Assembly (NCBI GenBank): GCA_052325545.1
Contig: JBKQUP010000037.1
Location: 48,459-112,458, forward strand
Reading direction: 5' to 3'
Origin: Thermoplasmata archaeon
Lineage (GTDB): Archaea; Thermoplasmatota; Thermoplasmata; Lutacidiplasmatales; UBA184
Length of the DNA: 64,000 bases
Within the stretch, counting starts at the first letter, position 1; every line of letters begins with the position of its first letter. The position numbers and the translations under genes are program-made. Below the pieces are notes generated by a model. That model did no database searches. It saw only the letters and a list, made by a program, of their open reading frames with translations, and was not told where the DNA came from. This document shows, piece after piece, positions 61,429 through 64,000 of the stretch.

Positions 61429-63834
61429 TCAGGGCTTGCGTGATCGCTTGAGGATTACAACGCCTAACGCTGAGCCCATCCCAGCAAAGGCCACAAACAG
61501 GACTGCGAGAGGCACAAACGAAGCCTGTGAACTCGGGTTCCCCGGGGCGGAAGGAGCCGAGCCGAACCAACTGAGGCTACCCGAACCGTAGTTCGCCCCG
61601 AAGATATCGCCGGCCGAGGGGTTCCAGGCGAGCCCCAAGACCCAGTCTCCCATCGAGAACGAGACGACCGGAGGGCCCGATGAACTTACGTTGAAGAATG
61701 ATAGCTTGTAGGTCGAGCCGTTTCCCAGGGCGACCGCCACCCAGGGAGTACCCGCCAACGGGAGGATGTTCACACCGACCCCCCCGGTCTCGCTCCCGGG
61801 GACGGAGTACTCAGTCGACTCAGCGGAAGTGGAGAGGTTCCCAACGATTCCCTCGTTGGTCCCGTTGGACGGGTTCACTCGCCACAGCGTCTCATTGGCG
61901 GAATCGCCGGAAAGCCATCCGGTGGCATACAGCGTCCCCGTAGACACGTCATACTCGAGATCGTTCGTGATGTAGGCCTCCATGGGAGTTGGGGTCACCG
62001 ACGTGTTCAGGCTCACGGGGTCTATACTCCAGAACCCGACGCGGTAGGACCCTTGGCTATCGGCAGAAAAGCCGTATGCGTCCCCCACAATCACACGGCC
62101 AATTCCGGAATCCCAGATTGTGCTCGTAGGAAGGATGGTGGAATAGTTGTTGAACATGTTCTTCGGCAAGGCAAGGTTCACGATACCCTCCACAGCGAAC
62201 GTTGTGTCGTTGATCGCCGTCAGGGTCGCTGCCGTTGAGTAGGTGGGAGAAACGTTGCCCGAGCTCCCGGCGACGAAGATCTCGCCTATCGTCGGCGCAA
62301 CCGCGATACTGACCGGGTGAGCGGCGAGGGCCACAGTAGCGACAACTCGCTGCGTGACCTCGTTCACAACTGACAGATTGCTCGAGAGAGCATTGGCCAC
62401 CCACATGTTCGAGTGAACGCTATCGTATCCCATCGCGTCCGGAACGAACCCGACTCCCACCGAGCCGACCACCTCGGCCAGGCTCGTGTTGATGATGCTC
62501 ACGGAGTTGGCGTTCGGCACTCCCGCAACCCAGAGTTCCTCGCTCGGAGGAACGTACGTCGGAGCCAACGGCATCGCTGCGAACTGCCTGGAAAGAACAC
62601 GCGTTGCCAGGGTGGCATCGTAGGCATTGAGCTGGTCCGAGAACGGGTTAACGCCATAGACAAGTCCAGTCGACCCGTCTGCTGCGAGCGCAACCGTCGC
62701 CCCACCGTCGAATGAAAGAACGGTATTGGTCTGAATGCGATACGATGTGGCATCGACCTGGGTCAATCCCCCCTCGCCGTTTCCGATTACGATAGTGTCC
62801 GTCTGCGGAACGTAGGTCAAGGGAGTGGTGGTCCACGGCCACTCCATCCAGCCGAGAGGGAGCGGCACGACTGCCACTGTTTGGGCGGTAATCGCTGATT
62901 CCACGTACAACGATGCGCCCGAGCTGTTGTCACACAGGACGAAGACGGTGTTGTTTCGAGAATCGAAAGCGAGAGCGGTTGGGAACGGGTTACTTGCCGC
63001 GGGGCCACAGACGAACGATTGACCCACAAAAGACCCGTGTGCGGCCAGAACCGAGAACTCCACGGGTTGCGGGCCGACAAGTGGTCCCCCCCAACCCGGG
63101 ACGAATGTGACGAAGACCGCCCCGGTGTTGGGGTCTACCGCGACATCATTCGATGTCGGATTCGCGCCTGTTGTGACACCGGGCAGCCATTCATCCTCCG
63201 TCAAGTTCGAGGCGTAGTAGGTCAGGATTCCCTGTTCCTGGGTTCCGACCTGAGTTAGGTAAAGAAGGTTGGAAACCGGGTCGAATGCGATGGGTGAGGC
63301 AGAATAGACATCCACCCCGTGCCTGGCGAGGACGGACCCGTTCGATAGCGCGACTTCGGCAATGCCCGCGCCATTTCCTACGAACGCAACCCCACCTGCG
63401 GAGTCGACTGCAATGGTGCCGATCCCTATCTGTGTCTGCCACAGGAGCGAACCATCGGATGCGCCAACTGCCACAAGCGCGTTTGGCGATCCCACAAGGA
63501 GTTCGCCCAGACCCGGGACTGCTGCAACCATGTCGGGACCAATCAGGTCGAAGGGCTGCCGATTCCCGGGGACAAGAGTGTCGTTGGTAAAGGAGAGAGT
63601 GGACTGAGGGACGGTCGAAGGGTCGAACCCGTTCTGCCAAGCGGCATCCGTCACTACGTGGTTGGATCGGGGGGTGATGGCCGCCGTTGAGTGGACGCTC
63701 TGAGCGTGATCAGCGGGTCCCTCCATAGATGGACGGACCGCGACCACGGTTCCCGAAAGAAGAATCGACGCGACCGTAATCCACACAGCGGTCACCGCGG
63801 CAGCACGGGTCCGCCGAGGCTCCCTGAGGAGCAT
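61429..63834 (-). CDS. Large (801 aa) cell-surface protein: N-terminal signal/anchor, beta-propeller-like repeats, many N-x-S/T sequons, C-terminal TM anchor with basic tail
   Basis: N-terminal AAVTAVWITVASILLSGTVVA. Repeated V...D......V.N motifs reminiscent of YVTN/NHL-type blades. C-terminal FVPLAVLFVAFAGMGSALGVVILKRSRKP. Markedly lower G+C than the window average. Confidence 0.7.
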   Translation of the reverse strand: MLLREPRRTRAAAVTAVWITVASILLSGTVVAVRPSMEGPADHAQSVHSTAAITPRSNHVVTDAAWQNGFDPSTVPQSTLSFTNDTLVPGNRQPFDLIGPDMVAAVPGLGELLVGSPNALVAVGASDGSLLWQTQIGIGTIAVDSAGGVAFVGNGAGIAEVALSNGSVLARHGVDVYSASPIAFDPVSNLLYLTQVGTQEQGILTYYASNLTEDEWLPGVTTGANPTSNDVAVDPNTGAVFVTFVPGWGGPLVGPQPVEFSVLAAHGSFVGQSFVCGPAASNPFPTALAFDSRNNTVFVLCDNSSGASLYVESAITAQTVAVVPLPLGWMEWPWTTTPLTYVPQTDTIVIGNGEGGLTQVDATSYRIQTNTVLSFDGGATVALAADGSTGLVYGVNPFSDQLNAYDATLATRVLSRQFAAMPLAPTYVPPSEELWVAGVPNANSVSIINTSLAEVVGSVGVGFVPDAMGYDSVHSNMWVANALSSNLSVVNEVTQRVVATVALAAHPVSIAVAPTIGEIFVAGSSGNVSPTYSTAATLTAINDTTFAVEGIVNLALPKNMFNNYSTILPTSTIWDSGIGRVIVGDAYGFSADSQGSYRVGFWSIDPVSLNTSVTPTPMEAYITNDLEYDVSTGTLYATGWLSGDSANETLWRVNPSNGTNEGIVGNLSTSAESTEYSVPGSETGGVGVNILPLAGTPWVAVALGNGSTYKLSFFNVSSSGPPVVSFSMGDWVLGLAWNPSAGDIFGANYGSGSLSWFGSAPSAPGNPSSQASFVPLAVLFVAFAGMGSALGVVILKRSRKP

Positions 63835-64000
63835 CCGATGCCTCCCGAGATTCCTAAAGGCCGCATGCCGGGCTTATAGTTGGAGGGCGACGAATGAATC
63901 GGGTGTTCTCATACCTCACCGGTGAAGAATCAAGCGTCGACCGGTTGGCGTCCTTCGGGGGTCCTTGTGGTTCGAGTCTCCCTCAGAGAATGTAACCCTT

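Noticed and set aside
63960-63995. GGTTCGAGTC patch resembling a tRNA T-arm or a repeat of the tRNA-Gln 3' end (possible att site)
   Set aside because: The flanking bases do not form a T-stem or acceptor stem. Identity to the tRNA-Gln 3' end is limited to about 10 nt, which is compatible with chance.
1-64000. CRISPR arrays, rRNA genes, IS elements, integrases, toxin-antitoxin pairs
   Set aside because: I saw no regularly spaced direct repeats of 25-40 nt, no rRNA-like conserved stretches and no transposase or integrase motifs in any frame of the track. The RHH gene has no adjacent small toxin-like ORF.

Overview
High-GC (roughly two-thirds G+C) archaeal chromosomal segment, densely coding on both strands: about 65 protein genes and one tRNA. 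No CRISPR array, rRNA or recognisable transposase or integrase was seen. Archaeal identity rests on hallmark genes visible in translation: L44e-S27e-aIF2alpha-Nop10, L1-P0-P1, Nop5-fibrillarin, LX-prefoldin alpha-FtsY, L15e, aTrm56, GINS, Pcc1 and PAC2. Lineage cannot be fixed without a search. Most of the window is housekeeping: two Amt transporters, PPDK, pyruvate kinase, PurF, PurB, ArgRS, mevalonate kinase, GGPP synthase, QueC, carbamate kinase and the YchF and DRG GTPases. Because of the GC content, the ORF track is full of long spurious antisense or out-of-frame ORFs. Several real small genes are hidden inside them or fall below the track cutoff: Nop10, S27e, L44e, Pcc1, prefoldin beta, a small Toprim protein, a GmhB-like phosphatase and an Asn-synthase-C-like protein. 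I re-derived their coordinates by hand. The best candidate for an undescribed system is a translationally coupled four-gene P-loop module at 32621-37175. It encodes a HerA/FtsK-like ATPase with an unrecognisable N-terminal domain, one intact KaiC-like ATPase and two Walker-A-degenerate KaiC/RecA-like paralogs. Other accessory-looking parts are listed here. (1) A membrane protein with eight tandem 33-aa repeats plus a Zn-ribbon partner (3385-5544). (2) An island at 14989-20666 with long non-coding spacers, dispersed intergenic repeats, membrane and secreted proteins and a tandem-RHH regulator with operator-like repeats. (3) A class III cyclase-TPR protein. (4) A PP-loop-degenerate ThiI-like protein. 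(5) An MscL-Zn-ribbon fusion. (6) A queC-DUF92-HAD operon. (7) A low-GC giant surface protein next to tRNA-Gln. All functional calls come from motif-level reading of translations; no database search was possible.
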